DNA of 40,685 bases from Phoronis australis. Taxonomy: Eukaryota; Animalia; Phoronida. Below are positions 24,201 to 34,691 of the stretch, piece by piece. The DNA lies in NCBI GenBank assembly GCA_002633005.1, contig NMRA01000495.1, positions 1 through 40,685 of the forward strand. Reading direction: 5' to 3'. The stretch's first letter is position 1. Each line of letters begins with the position of its first letter. Both the position numbers and the translations under genes were made by a program. The notes beneath the pieces were generated by a model, which was not told where the DNA came from, did no database searches, and was given only the letters and a program-made list of their open reading frames with translations.

Positions 24201-27200
24201 GTTTCAACTCCAGACAAAAGCAGTTTTCAAGATCGGATAACAACCTAGGCTATTACGAAGCCCCATGATCTCTTGTTAGAACTCATAAACCAATAACCAG
24301 GTCCTCTGGTCAACAAAACAGAAATGATGTCATCATTTTAGGCTACTATGTCTCCTATTTCTTTGGAAAAAAATCATTCCAACATAACTTTTCATGAGGA
24401 ATTCAATTCCAAAAGTGAGACAGAAAAAAGTTCTAGCCCACAACGGTTTAATTTGTTTCAGCCAGTGTTTTATTGCCCTGAAGTCATCGCTAATGAGGTA
24501 ATTGCCCTGCTCTAAATTAGTGTTCCTGATTTCTAAGGATTCTGCCAACCACGATCCGACAAAGTACACAATGGCGGGGGCCCAGCTGGCTAAAAGAGGT
24601 TATGGACCAAACTTCTAATGAAGCAAGCGACTCTGGGCATTAACTGGGACATGTAAAGTAGTTGCTCCAAGCCAGTTTGCCCTCCTATATCAAAGGAGTT
24701 GTGTAAACAGTACCAACATTACTAAGGCACACTGCCATTGCAAATTCACTATACACCTTTTGTTTGACTGAAGTTTTTGTGCACACCTGGCCCTACATTA
24801 CAGAAGGATGCACAACGCTTGGGGTGGGGAGATACTCGACCATTTTTGACTGGGAGTGTACTCAAAAAAGAGAACCATTGAAAGAGGGACTGCATGAAAA
24901 ATTAACCCTTTCGTATGGAGGAAAGCTAAATTCTTAACCTATGAAGTTTGAAATAGTTAGAGATGCCACATTGTCAAAATTATGTACATCTTTTGAAAGC
25001 ATGGTTCTAAAACTAAGGTTAATCATAAAAACCTTCCAAAAATTTGTGTTGCATAAAATTGGAACTATCCCAACTCTTTTGTAAGAAGTTTTTCGTCACA
25101 AAAGACATCTTCTCGTCGGTAAGGAAATTGATTGTGAAAAGGCCACCATTCCGCCTAGCATGCCTCCTATATCTCTTCAATGGGATTACCCCCGGGACAT
25201 GGCTTAACACGAGGTTAATTTCACGTAATACAACACTTGTGTAAAAGACAAAGCTAGCTGCAGTGAAATTCGCAACACAGGAGGCACAGATTATTTACTT
25301 GTTAATTGATGGCGCATTTCACATTCAAAGCTGTACGTGACTTGTGGCTATCAGAGGAGGTCTAATCATATATTGCGTGTCTAAACAAAAGTTTCACACA
25401 ACAGACTTTCTATCCAACAATGAACAAATCTCAACCAGAACCTGACGTGTACATGAAGTTTTTCTACTTTAGAAAACAAGAGACGACCCTTTTAGTTACA
25501 AGTAGCTCAATACCAGATATACAACTGTGTAGCAGAAGACAGGCAGTAGTCATAACATATGGCATTCAGGTGACTTTGAAGTTTCTAGTACAAAACTTAG
25601 TTGCTAATCATGTAGATTTGTTAAATCAACTAATTTTAGTGTGAATTCAAATAAACAACAAATCTTACTGAGACTGATTGCACATGACAAAAATGCGGAA
25701 AACATTAAATTACTCAAAAATTATTAAGTTTACAGAAATTCATTTAATTTATTTCACACTCAAAAGAAAAAATGCACAAGGACAAGATACATTTCTTTTG
25801 CTTAGTAAACTCTTCCGTCAATGGGATCATATAATTAAATAAAATGTTCAATTAATTTTGTGACAAAAAATTGGAACAGCATGCTAGATGCGAAGTTCAC
25901 ATCGCAATAAAAATTGCTTGTCCATGCTTGTTAACGGTGAGACAGCACTTCAAAGTTAAAGTGTCACAATCCACTACAGACAGTTCAAAGACCCCATCGT
26001 TCTCTTACCTGTGTCAAACAGCGGCCAACACTTTTTAAGAAGACGTACTCGCTAGGTATGATATCAGCCCCTAGCTGGGACTCCACCTCCGCACGGAGAT
26101 CATAAATTTTCATCTCTGGTAGCACCCTGAAACAGAGTGTTTCGAGAGTTTTAAGTGGAAAACATTATATTCGATTTCTTGGCAGTAATGTCAACCTTTG
26201 TATTTATCTATACAGTATACAAGCATTCTGTTTCACAGTGTCACATTACTGTTTAAACTAAAACCTATATACCCGCTATTTTTGACAGGGTGTACTGCTG
26301 AGAAATAAGGATAAAGAACCTTTTAGAACGTGAGCGCGATAAAACCCATACTTAGATCTGTCACGATTACAAGAGACCCATTTGTAAGAAACTTTGAACT
26401 ATAAAAAGTTACCCTTTTGAACATTTTATTCTACTATAAAAGGCTTATTTATCAGACTATGAAACCTTATAAGAGTTCTGAATCAAATGTAATACTGAGA
26501 ACCATTTTGTAAAGTTTCTCACGCATAAAGAAAACTCCTTTGTACAGCATTATTTAAATAAAAGACACCCTTTGATTGAAAAAAGTATCCATCTGGGTAG
26601 TATCTACGAATACGCCACATACACTACAACCTAAAAGTTTCCAGACAAAATGACCTGGAATTCCCCGCCATGACACTTGGGTAAGAGCAAAACTCATCGT
26701 CAGAGTAATCTCCCCTGATGAACAAGAAGGAAAGGGAATTAACTGGTGGCTAAGCCATTCTGTGATTAGAATTTGCTACCCTAATGGTCATTAACAGTAG
26801 TTTTTGCTGTTAACCGAATTAGCTGTCATGACGGGAACATAGTGTTTTGTCTGATTACTTTCGTCTCGTATCGTATGTAAATCACATCACCCAGGAAAGT
26901 AAAGCAACAAAATCATCGGCAATAAAAGTTACCGTATAAATCCTTTTGAGACAGTGTCTTGTATGACAGTGTTCACGGCACTGTTCAGTTGCTTCCTCCA
27001 TAATTCGACAGGAACGAGGTAAACATGTAGATCCACCAACTGAAAAAAAAAACTCACGATTAAGCGTAAGTACAAAATAAATTATACCAGTACTGCAAAA
27101 TCTAAGTATTCAATATGGCCCACAAGTGAAATCTCATTTCATCATTTTTCCGTTCATGAGAGATGTGTAACACCATGCTTTTCCTTCTTCCAAGTTTTGT

Positions 27201-30200
27201 ACAATAGCAGAGCTACTACCAGACAGTGTTTTAAAATTTGTGCGCATTCACTACAATATTAAAAGCCTTTGAAAAATGAGAAAATGAGCAATTTTGGCAA
27301 TTATTATTTCCAAAATTTGTGAGATTTTACTGTACAAATCATAATATGGCATTTACAATACGGCAAATACGAAAACATGAATACGTGCAAATGTGGCAAA
27401 ATGTTCTTTTGGTCTAACTGAAATCGCAAGCTTCTACCTAAAATAAATCAAGTTGGAGGCAGTGAAATGAGTGAATCTCAAATTTGAATCGACGACCTCC
27501 ACTCAGTCAGTAGTGCCATGGGCAAACAGAAATGATAAAGCTATGCTAAAGACAATACAAAGAGTTCCACGCAAAAACGTGAACCAAAACGATAGTTCCC
27601 TTCAAAGATAGCACTGCATGGGGCTTCTCATTAGACACTGAAAAATAAATTACTTTCCCAAAATACAGCCACTGGGTCTGAATGTTTGAAATGAATAAGG
27701 CCGCTACGTCAACGAAATGTGTATTAATGGTGATAAACAGACAATTAATAATAGTAATCAGAATTAAAATTTTACGCAGCACACTTGAAGCAAAATGGGC
27801 AAATCACCATACTTGGAGTTATAATTATTCTGGAGTCATCTCCTTGAAGCTAGTCTAGGGTAACAGACAGGTAAATTACAAAATCATATCCCCTCTTTAA
27901 ACCATGCTAGTCCCTTATTATTTCGCGGATTTGCAAAAGCAAACATGTCTTCATTATATATAAAGAAATCTTTTGAAAACTTCACAGCAGCACTTTATAA
28001 ATAGGTGCAATCTAATAGGATAATAAACAAACAAATATTGGTATAAATGGGAACTATTAACTGAGACCAGCCATTGAACCAGTTGAATAAACAGTCAACT
28101 GGATCATTGACCATTCTGACCAGTAAAATATGAGCCTTTCCCACCAACCTCAAAAAGTGTCAATGTTTGGGGAGTGTCGGTCAGTGTGAATGGTTAACTT
28201 CGCCCTTAACTTTGTACTAAATAGGTTGCTTTAACAGCGGGACATGGATGCTTCGACGAGACGTGAAAGGTTAATTTCAGCGACAACAAATTTGTCGCCA
28301 GGTGTTGTAGTCACAACACGTGTTGCGTAATTTCCATAATTTAATATTTTATTCAAAAAGGTACAAGATTCTTCAAAAAATTTAAAAAGTACATATATAT
28401 GCATAAAGTGTTTGCAGCACCATTTTGCTGTAACTTTAACCACTCGAACATTTTTTAAATTGTTTATTACAAAAATAAAGTCTGTAATAATTGAAGTTAA
28501 GCTCAGTTTACATCTGTCCTCCTTTTGAACTAGAGTTCAGCTCGTCTGAAAGGGCCTTTGAGATGTACATGAACTACATTTCCAGAAATTTTAACTGCAC
28601 ACCTCCAGGTTACGGTAATTCTCAACTTTTTTCTCATAAAAATAATTGCCATAATAGTCATTTTTCTATTTTTCATTGGCTACTTACCCTTATGCAAATA
28701 ATGTTGTTTTGTGGCATTTACACACCGTAAACCACACATGCAGTAAACTAAAATCGTTATTTTTGTGAAGAAATATGACAAAATAGAATTTCACTTGTCG
28801 GCCAGGGTGCTTTTCGAAATGTAAAAATTGGGAAATACAAAAATCGAGAGATGCTACTTTGGGCATTCAATAGGGCATTTAAAATCTAAAGTTTGATAAG
28901 TGAGGGATGGGCGTTCATCTGCATCGTAGATTTCCTCGCGAAAATATCCCCCACCCCTCATTTTTTTGCACAAAAGTACAATAAAGTTAGAATGTGCATG
29001 CACCAAAAGAACCATTTCATGCCTCTTTCACTGAAAACGGGTTATTGTCTTACCCAAATATGACAAGGTGCCACTGAAACTGGCTGTTTGTAACTGAAAG
29101 GTAAAGGAGTTGGGAGGTGACATTCTCGTGACACAAATGTTCACAAACACTGTTTTTTAAGGAAATCTCCATAGTATCAACTGGGGGTGAAGACACTAAG
29201 TCAAGCATAGGCAATCAAAAGTGAAAATTTGGAAATTTTGGGGAAGGCATTAAGTCAAACATGAGCATTGGCATAACCAGTGGTATTAAAACCAGTGTAA
29301 CTTTTACTGTACATTCATTGGCATGTTGCCAGTAATCTATGAACCAGAATTAATTTGAAGTGCAAAAATATATTTTTTGTAGGTAGCCAAGATTAATTAG
29401 TCATCAACCAAAATAACCTTCAGGCCCTAACTGCCAGGAATAGAAAGGTTTCATTAACTGGCCGTAAGCAAATGGACTTCCTGGATAATAAAAGGATATA
29501 TTTTATGTATGTAGCCAAATGTCATACACCACCATCCTCTGGACATTGCAAACATACACATGAAAGACATTTGCTTTGTTACACATGTAGTGAACATCCT
29601 TATCTCGGAATCAATAGAATTCACGCATGAAATATGATGGACTACATTCAACACATTTCATGCTCAACGGAGCATAAGAACATGTCATACACCGTGCTCA
29701 TCTCCATAGTTGTACACCTTACCATATCAAGGTATAGAACAAAACTAGCATTATAACAGATGCCTGCGAGGATTTCCTGCGTTACAGAGAGAGTGATGCC
29801 TAGTAGATAATTCTTTTTATTCATTTGCCCAGTTACCGTAAATCCTGACAACAGTGGTGGGGTCACAAAAACATATCGATGAAAAAAAGTTTGTTGGCGA
29901 TTAGAAAACGAGTTCATTGGCATGGAGCAGGCGCTGCTACACCCAAACAGGGGTACTCAACTGCAAAGAGGAACAGAAAGTGCCCCCCCATGCCTGTCTA
30001 ATGTCAGCTCCCTCTGGTCATGGTCTGGATCAGCACACACTAATGAGTGACCAATCGTACAAATACAGCTGATTTTTCGAATGTATCTTAAAGGTCTTCG
30101 GCACTGCTTCCAGCTATAGTCACTTGCAGGGGTCCCACATTTTGAGAACCAGATTTGATGCCAGTGTTATGCAGTGAAGAAAACTGATTCTCAAAATCCG

Positions 30201-31876
30201 GGACTCTTTACGTGACTATTCCTCTGCTTCACATTCGCGGTCTCGATATATCCATTCCTTTTCAGGCATGAGACTGCATAGTAGGGGAGGAATGATTATG
30301 CGATGGTCATATCAAGGATAGGATATAAACCTCACCTCTAAGTGAGCACGCGCTGCAGAAACGAATTACACGAAACAGTTGACCACCTGATTTTACTTTT
30401 TATGGCTAAAAATGCATTTTTGGGATTATAGGTGGATAGGATAGACTTTTTGAAGTTATAAGCTTTGACCAGAGCTAAATTAAAAGAACAAAAATTATTT
30501 TATGTTTGTGATTTTTTTACGTATCGCCAAACACTGAATTGAAGGCCATTGACTTTACAGGTAAAAAAATGCTTAAAACATTCTGTCATTTATCGGGTGC
30601 GATTTACCTCATCGGTGGTCAGTTTGGCTGTGACCACGAAGGTTCCTGCATGAGCTTCGAATCTGCGCTTATTTAAAAAAATCACTTTTCTAGTCGATAA
30701 TGTCCCTTCAATATATTTATACTGGGCAGAAAATAATATGACATTTGTAATAAAACACTATGTGTCACTAAGCCTAACTTTTGATTGATCAAGAAATTAC
30801 TACAATATTACGAAATGGGTCTCAAATTGCTTTTAATTTATATTCAAATCACTGAGATGATTTCTGAAAATTTATTACTGTTTGAGACTAAGATCTAAAA
30901 ATATCTCATCACGGAAGATCAATTTACATGCCAAGTGTAGTCTTAATCGATGACGAATAAAAAGGTTTTGAAAAAAACTGAGCTCAGATATGCTCATCTG
31001 AGTTTCGAGCAAGTTCAGATTACTCGTGATCTGAATTGGAACACAAGTTTATAGATGCTTTAAACTGAGAATTTTATTAGGCAATGTGCAATGAGTGGTA
31101 TATTCACAGACCTCAATAAGTAGATTACAGGTGGGTCTGAAGGCAGGTGTTCATTTAATCCCTCTCAGTTTATCCACGGCTTTGACACACTTCAATTTCC
31201 TATTTACATCATTCATATTGAATATTACACGCACACACACAACGGTCATAAGACCATCCTTGGTGGATGAATAAAAATATTACCCAACAGTTTGTAGGAG
31301 GGATAACACTTATAGTGCTCTCAAGGATTCTCGATGCTTAATTTAATTCATGCAATGAAAAATGTTTTCAAAGCTTTTAAAATTTGATTGGTAATTGAAA
31401 GAACATTGCAAAATCTGTCTATAACTCAGTAAAAACTATTGGAGGTTTTTGAAATTTTCCATTATTCACCAACGATCTTAATTTAAAAGATTATCAGTGA
31501 AACTTAGTGTAGCCCACACTGTAGGCCAATTTATCTCATGTGAATAGCGTTGTGAATACTTTCACATTTAAAACTTACAGCCCGGGGATAGTTAATTAAT
31601 TGTAATATAAATTAAACTACTCCAATCTAGTCTGCACTTCTATTAAATGCTAGCAATTCGATCGAAATTTGTTTGAATACTTATTGACCAAAAGCAAGAA
31701 TGGATATGTGCCTTTCCGTGACAGTGGTCGACAAATCACGAATCAATACAGAGCAAACTCGTGCGATGCACTGTGATGACTTAGACGTGTACAGTATTAC
31801 AATCGAGTGAGGTTTAAAAAATTCTGAATACCTGTTCGGACGGTGGCCTGTCCATATATTCCACAATTTGGTTCAT
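3085..31876 (-). CDS. SPATA1: Spermatogenesis-associated protein 1-like gene, full spliced model (13 core exons, 2208 nt, about 735 aa)
   Basis: Manual GT-AG join of 31832-31876, 26933-27039, 26009-26126, 14423-14476, 13190-13592, 10463-11030, 9319-9474, 7921-8026, 6929-7025, 5850-5975, 4910-5085, 4502-4600 and 3085-3237 is phase-consistent and stop-free. The N-terminus (LVDLHVYLVP...KGFIRVLPE...YVFLKSVG...VKAQQELTLKVKHFLPPHAYQPEIFLL) and C-terminal coiled coil (WKKKYFDEKKKT...LRNQAETELRALRAELSQKK) match vertebrate SPATA1 as I recall it; no search was run. Confidence 0.88.
4038..4111. repeat. 35-bp tandem duplication
   Basis: TGCACCCATTTGAATTATCGCCAG occurs twice at a 35-bp period. Confidence 0.9.
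4502..4600 (-). CDS. SPATA1: SPATA1-like exon 12 (NNYKIQATKLIHDNDELKRKVETAKVKLTAEMK)
   Basis: TTTTTCAG acceptor, AAG|GTAACG donor; 99 nt, phase 0-0. Confidence 0.92.
4910..5085 (-). CDS. SPATA1: SPATA1-like exon 11 (ARDMWKKKYFDEKKKT...NPSIK)
   Basis: TTCTTGCAG acceptor, AAG|GTGACC donor; WKKKY motif of the SPATA1 C-terminal domain. Confidence 0.92.
5501..5615 (+). repeat. Dispersed repeat, inverted homologue of 26748-26870
   Basis: TACAAGACAAAAGTAATCAG...GTCATGACGGCTAA...TAACAGCAAAA matches the reverse complement of the 26.8-kb segment. Confidence 0.65.
5850..5975 (-). CDS. SPATA1: SPATA1-like exon 10 (RDKLLEEIEQARQERNEAERKREELVRRAKAMQTKTNNRRSQ)
   Basis: CCTAG acceptor, AAG|GTGAGG donor; coiled-coil character with the REELV motif. 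Confidence 0.9.
6306..6572. mobile_element. Degenerate palindromic MITE-like element
   Basis: Perfect 15-bp inverted repeat TTGTACAGCAATTGT (6391-6405 / 6461-6475) with looser outer arms such as TGTTCAACA / TGTTGAACA. Confidence 0.6.
6929..7025 (-). CDS. SPATA1: SPATA1-like exon 9 (DGSGGGDEFPSPPLLDLESGDSEAVNQARLEE)
   Basis: TTTCAG acceptor, AAA|GTAGGT donor, phase 0 to 1; GC-rich. Confidence 0.82.
7921..8026 (-). CDS. SPATA1: SPATA1-like exon 8 (STQGVSHRDPEAWQENGQPDKSNHSNKQFSNHVQE)
   Basis: CTTTCCAG acceptor, GAG|GTGGGT donor. It supplies the phase 2-to-0 change needed between exons 7 and 9. Confidence 0.78.
9319..9474 (-). CDS. SPATA1: SPATA1-like exon 7 (QKARVQDEND...QQTSDR)
   Basis: CCCTTTTTAG acceptor, CAG|GTAAGT donor, phase 2-2; within ORF 9315..9506. 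Confidence 0.85.
9713..10163. mobile_element. Probable non-autonomous DNA transposon fragment running into the assembly gap
   Basis: Begins CAGGGCTTG, is CpG-rich, has repeated CGCGGAAA motifs and abuts the N-run. Confidence 0.4.
10164..10287. other. Assembly gap (124 N)
   Basis: Run of N. Confidence 0.99.
10463..11030 (-). CDS. SPATA1: SPATA1-like exon 6 (Pro/Ser-rich disordered region)
   Basis: TCTCCTAG acceptor, GAG|GTGAGT donor, phase 1 to 2; contains the frame of ORF 10459..10977. Confidence 0.88.
11409..11434 (-). CDS. Candidate 26-nt microexon in SPATA1 intron 5
   Basis: CTGAC branch-like motif, TGTTTGTCTTTTCCATAG acceptor and CAG|GTGTGT donor; 28+26=54 nt restores frame. Confidence 0.35.
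11498..11525 (-). CDS. Candidate 28-nt microexon in SPATA1 intron 5
   Basis: TAG acceptor after a (TTGG)n tract and a GTAAGT donor. It keeps frame only together with the 26-nt exon. Confidence 0.35.
12213..12230 (-). CDS. Candidate 18-nt alternative microexon in SPATA1 intron 5 (adds AREYTE)
   Basis: Long pyrimidine tract ending TTAG, donor AGG|GTATGT, symmetric phase 1-1 and stop-free. Confidence 0.5.
13190..13592 (-). CDS. SPATA1: SPATA1-like exon 5 (AYQPEIFLLE..., YPG-repeat low-complexity region)
   Basis: TTTGTAG acceptor, CAG|GTGAGG donor; contains the frame of ORF 13179..13541; GC-rich relative to the introns. Confidence 0.88.
13572..13681. repeat. 55-bp tandem duplication spanning the intron 4/exon 5 acceptor
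   Basis: GAAAATCTCAGGCTGGTATGCCTACAAACAGCACAGAACATGAA[C/G]AGTACATTA at 13572 and 13627. Confidence 0.95.
13979..14138. mobile_element. MITE with TA-flanked imperfect TIRs of about 26 bp (Tc1/mariner-type)
   Basis: TACTGTAAACATTGGATTAATACCCA ... TGGGCATTAACCCGAACGTTTACGATA. Confidence 0.6.
14423..14476 (-). CDS. SPATA1: SPATA1-like exon 4 (VKAQQELTLKVKHFLPPH)
   Basis: TTTGTAG acceptor and GTAAGT donor; 54 nt, phase 0-0; resembles SPATA1 VKEKQESELKLKSFAPPY. Confidence 0.9.
15471..15678 (+). repeat. Dispersed repeat, inverted homologue of 21471-21678
   Basis: Shared blocks GCCAAATATCTACA, TAACTCAGT, TTTTCTGA, CCTGTAGA, ATTGGGTCAC, AAATTTAG and AAAGAAAGG in colinear order. Confidence 0.75.
19590..19823 (+). 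mobile_element. Partial copy of the AGGGACATTATCG-TIR element
   Basis: AAATCCCAC, TAGCTCTGGGCAAAGC and terminal AAAACCGATAATGTCCCT match 34800-35037. Confidence 0.65.
21157..21168. other. Assembly gap (12 N)
   Basis: Run of N. Confidence 0.99.
21471..21678 (-). repeat. Dispersed repeat, inverted homologue of 15471-15678
   Basis: Its reverse complement aligns colinearly with 15471-15678. Confidence 0.75.
26009..26126 (-). CDS. SPATA1: SPATA1-like exon 3 (VLPEMKIYDLRAEVESQLGADIIPSEYVFLKSVGRCLTQ)
   Basis: TTTCAG acceptor, CAG|GTAAGA donor, phase 2 to 0; conserved FLK-x-[VI]-G motif. Confidence 0.92.
26748..26870 (-). repeat. Dispersed repeat, inverted homologue of 5501-5615
   Basis: Reverse complement reads TACGAGACGAAAGTAATCAG...GTCATGACAGCTAA...TAACAGCAAAA. 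Confidence 0.65.
26933..27039 (-). CDS. SPATA1: SPATA1-like exon 2 (LVDLHVYLVPVELWRKQLNSAVNTVIQDTVSKGFIR)
   Basis: Poly-T acceptor TTTTTCAG and donor CG|GTAACT; conserved N-terminal motif. Not in the ORF track. Confidence 0.92.
30116..30219. repeat. About 104-bp hairpin or small MITE
   Basis: Imperfect arms of about 36 bp: ATAGTCAC...GTCCC..ATTTTGAGAA.CAG / CTG.TTCTCAAAAT..GGGAC...GTGACTAT. Confidence 0.65.
30397..30707 (-). mobile_element. Reverse-oriented copy of the AGGGACATTATCG-TIR element
   Basis: GCTTTGACCAGAGCTA, TTCGAATCTGCGCT and terminal CGATAATGTCCCT are reverse complements of blocks in 34692-35037. Confidence 0.65.
31832..31876 (-). CDS. SPATA1: SPATA1-like coding exon 1 (MNQIVEYMDRPPSEQ)
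   Basis: ATG at 31876 in GAAATGA context and a phase-0 donor CAG|GTATTC. The RPPSEQ-LVDLHV junction resembles SPATA1 RPSSSE-LVELHV. Confidence 0.78.
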
Positions 31877-31975
31877 TTCGGCCCCACGTCTCAATTAATC
31901 CATCCTTCTTGGCAGTTTACGAATACAACTTCCATACCACACAGGTGCGTCTCCAAGTAAAACAGCCTGTCACAG

Positions 31976-31985
31976 GTCACGTGAC
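31976..31985. promoter_or_regulatory. Palindromic E-box/CLEAR-type motif GTCACGTGAC upstream of SPATA1
   Basis: Perfect 10-bp palindrome 100 bp upstream of the ATG; TGACGCAA (CRE/CEBP-like) nearby at 32051-32058. Confidence 0.5.
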
Positions 31986-33676
31986 TTCTGAACAAACTCT
32001 TGATTAGCAACTATCTATCGGCTTTCAGAGTCTCACTCGCTTGTAACGCGTGACGCAATATTACATAGTCATCGCTTTTTTCGACTGTTACTATACAAGA
32101 ATACTAACCACCATAACCTAATACATGCGATAGTCGTGCAGGCCACGTCTTCTATTCAGGATATGAAAAGTAGACAGGCTCAGCAGCCAAACTTCAAAGA
32201 CCGAGACCGCACAGTACACTAAGCGCCATCTATTGTAACAAAACCAGACGTACGTTCAGACCTGGGAGTAATATGTTTCATTATAGTCCTAGGTTCAGAC
32301 ACGAGAAACTCACAACGAAAACGAAAGAACATGCAAGACTGCGAGGCATTTGCATGCAATACCAAACTTCCTTCGCAATTTGTTCTGGAACTCGAAGACG
32401 GATCATCGCCCATAAGCAAAGCTAATACATGTAATTATGAAATGAAAATAAATTTACCACAGAACAAAAATAAAGTCGTTTTACGAGTTGCAAAAGCGTG
32501 AAAAGAAAATTTTTCCTTTTTAATAGATTTTGTCAAACCCTTGACAAAAAGGTAGGAGGGCATTCGATCCAACGCGGAGGCATGAGTCTAGTGTACCAGG
32601 CCCAAGCGAAAATATTCGCGAGGGTCGTCAAAATTGGTAAATTCATCCACAGAATTTTCGACGTAGTCTAACCTTTTTACTCATCGAACTCAAAATTGTT
32701 TTTGCTATTTTGTAATATACTTTTGTGCGAACCCAGGATAGTAAGTTTCTGTCAACCGGGTTCAGTATTCTCTGCTCAACTACGTACATAATGACTTGCG
32801 TGGATAACTTTTTAATCCTAGTTTGTCCTTTATGAGTCCACCACTAGGCTGAAAGAGTCTGAACTGGAAATTTCGAGCTTTTAGTTGAAATATCGAGTTT
32901 TTACTCGAGTTTGCAGTAGGAATATCAAGAGTCAAGCGGCTCATCAAATGCAAACTTAGACTAGAAACACGTAATGCACAGAATAATAGCCACTGACGTT
33001 GAGTGAGCACAAAGGTAGAACGGAAATTGTCAAAAATAATTTCGCCCGAGTACACAGATTAGACACCTGCCTTTGCCCCAGGTCTTGAGTTTTTTTTCTG
33101 CTAAGTATTCTTGGTACGCTAAAGTCGATTTCTTATATTTGATCGATTTTTCCCAGACAGTGAAATTATTAGCGAGCAAAGGCGATACTCCAAACGTGTT
33201 GAAGAAAAAGCCCAACGGAGTGAACCTGTGATATGAAAGAATTTGTCGGTTAAAACCTCTTCGTCAGTAGATGTTTCGAATCAGCAGCACAACCTTCAAC
33301 ACTGCATGCATTTTAAAACCGGCATTTTATGGCAGAGCTACTTATATGCTCATGAGATCGGTTTCCTACTTACGGTCGTGATAGGGTTTTATTTCCGTGA
33401 CCAACAAGATGGATTCCATGTTCTTGTTGCTGATGGAAATATAATTCTGTCACTTTAAGGAAACGTGAGTGACATTTCAGAGCCAAAGTTTTAATTCTTC
33501 TTTCGTCTTTAAGGGAGGATGATGCAGATCAAAGGAGTCCGCTCTTGGAAAGTGCCCCGACGATGGAATCAATTACCATTCATCCTGTTTACTCCGTGAA
33601 TTTAAACATCCTTTCACGTTAATTTGGATTACGGAATTAATGGTCACTCTTTTTTGTTTATTTTTCCGATAGCGGC

Positions 33677-33818
33677 ATGCGCGCACCCAGGGGTGGCTCG
33701 GGGGACTCGAACGAGCCCCAACCCCCCCTCCCTCTATTTAGCGAAGTGGGCAAAAATATCCGAACCAGAAAAAGTCCAAAAATTCGAGCCCCCTATTATT
33801 TAGGCTGGGTGCGCGCAT
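33677..33818. mobile_element. 142-bp MITE with perfect 14-bp TIRs
   Basis: ATGCGCGCACCCAG (33677-33690) / CTGGGTGCGCGCAT (33805-33818), with an inner GGGG.CTCGAA / TTCGAGCCCC inverted motif. Confidence 0.75.
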
Positions 33819-34691
33819 CCGACGGTGTTTCATTAAAGGCCCATAGGCGGAAGTTCTTGATTAAATCTTTCATCCGTATGATCACTAATTTTTGCTGTCA
33901 ACTTTAGTCAAAGTCTCTTTCAACCAATGACAGAAGTGAGTCGTTTCTTTTACCGCTGTTTTTAAGTGAAATAACTCAGTGAAGTGTTGATTTAGGCCTT
34001 GGCAAATAGCAGCTCCAAAGTTAACAAAGGACCATCGGGTGCGCCGACGCATGCACGGACAAAAAGGTTTGTGACGTGCTTGTTTTCATTATAGAAATTC
34101 CTCCAACTATATGTTTCCTCTGATGAAATGAGCCTTAAAGAGGTGTGGAAAGCGAAAACTTGCACAAAATACCTTTTAAACAGGTCGTGGCGAATCTACT
34201 CCTTCGGAATGCTAACGTGGGAGTTATTCACTTTGGACATTGCAAAAATTTCCAGAAAGAAATCGTCAGCTAAATTGACTATTTTTGAACTACAAACGAA
34301 ATATAAACTCTTTTATCCCAATACAGTTTTCAAATTCTCCACCTCTTATAATATGTTTGTGCGCATGCGCTCAAAGCAGTCGGACTGGCTGGTGCTTGAA
34401 ATAAATATAGCTCATTGTTTGAAAGAGCCATTTTTTTCTTTACATAAAAGGTTAAAGGTCACATTTTCCATATAAGGGAAAGGTGCGACGTCCGTGTATT
34501 CCCATACGTGCTTTGCCTTGTGGGAGAAATCAACTGGTCGTTTTTTGAAATTTGAAACCAAAGGAAAAATGCTTTGACATCAACCGAAATTCAAAATTTG
34601 TACCAAGAAACCGTAAAAATATCTGGTGAACAGTTTGACTTCTGTTTTAGTGGCAGAAAATTACTGTTTTTCACGTTCTCTGTAACTTTAC

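Noticed and set aside
14477-26008. Nested gene or autonomous transposon in the 11.5-kb intron
   Set aside because: Only short ORFs under 100 aa, with no recognisable RT, transposase or other domain and no consistent exon chain. A highly decayed element cannot be excluded without TBLASTX.
27813-27854. Exon-like 42-nt segment (CCCTAG acceptor, GTATGG donor) considered as SPATA1 coding exon 1
   Set aside because: It has stops in all three frames, and 31832-31876 gives a better phase-compatible start. It could at most be a non-coding or poison exon.
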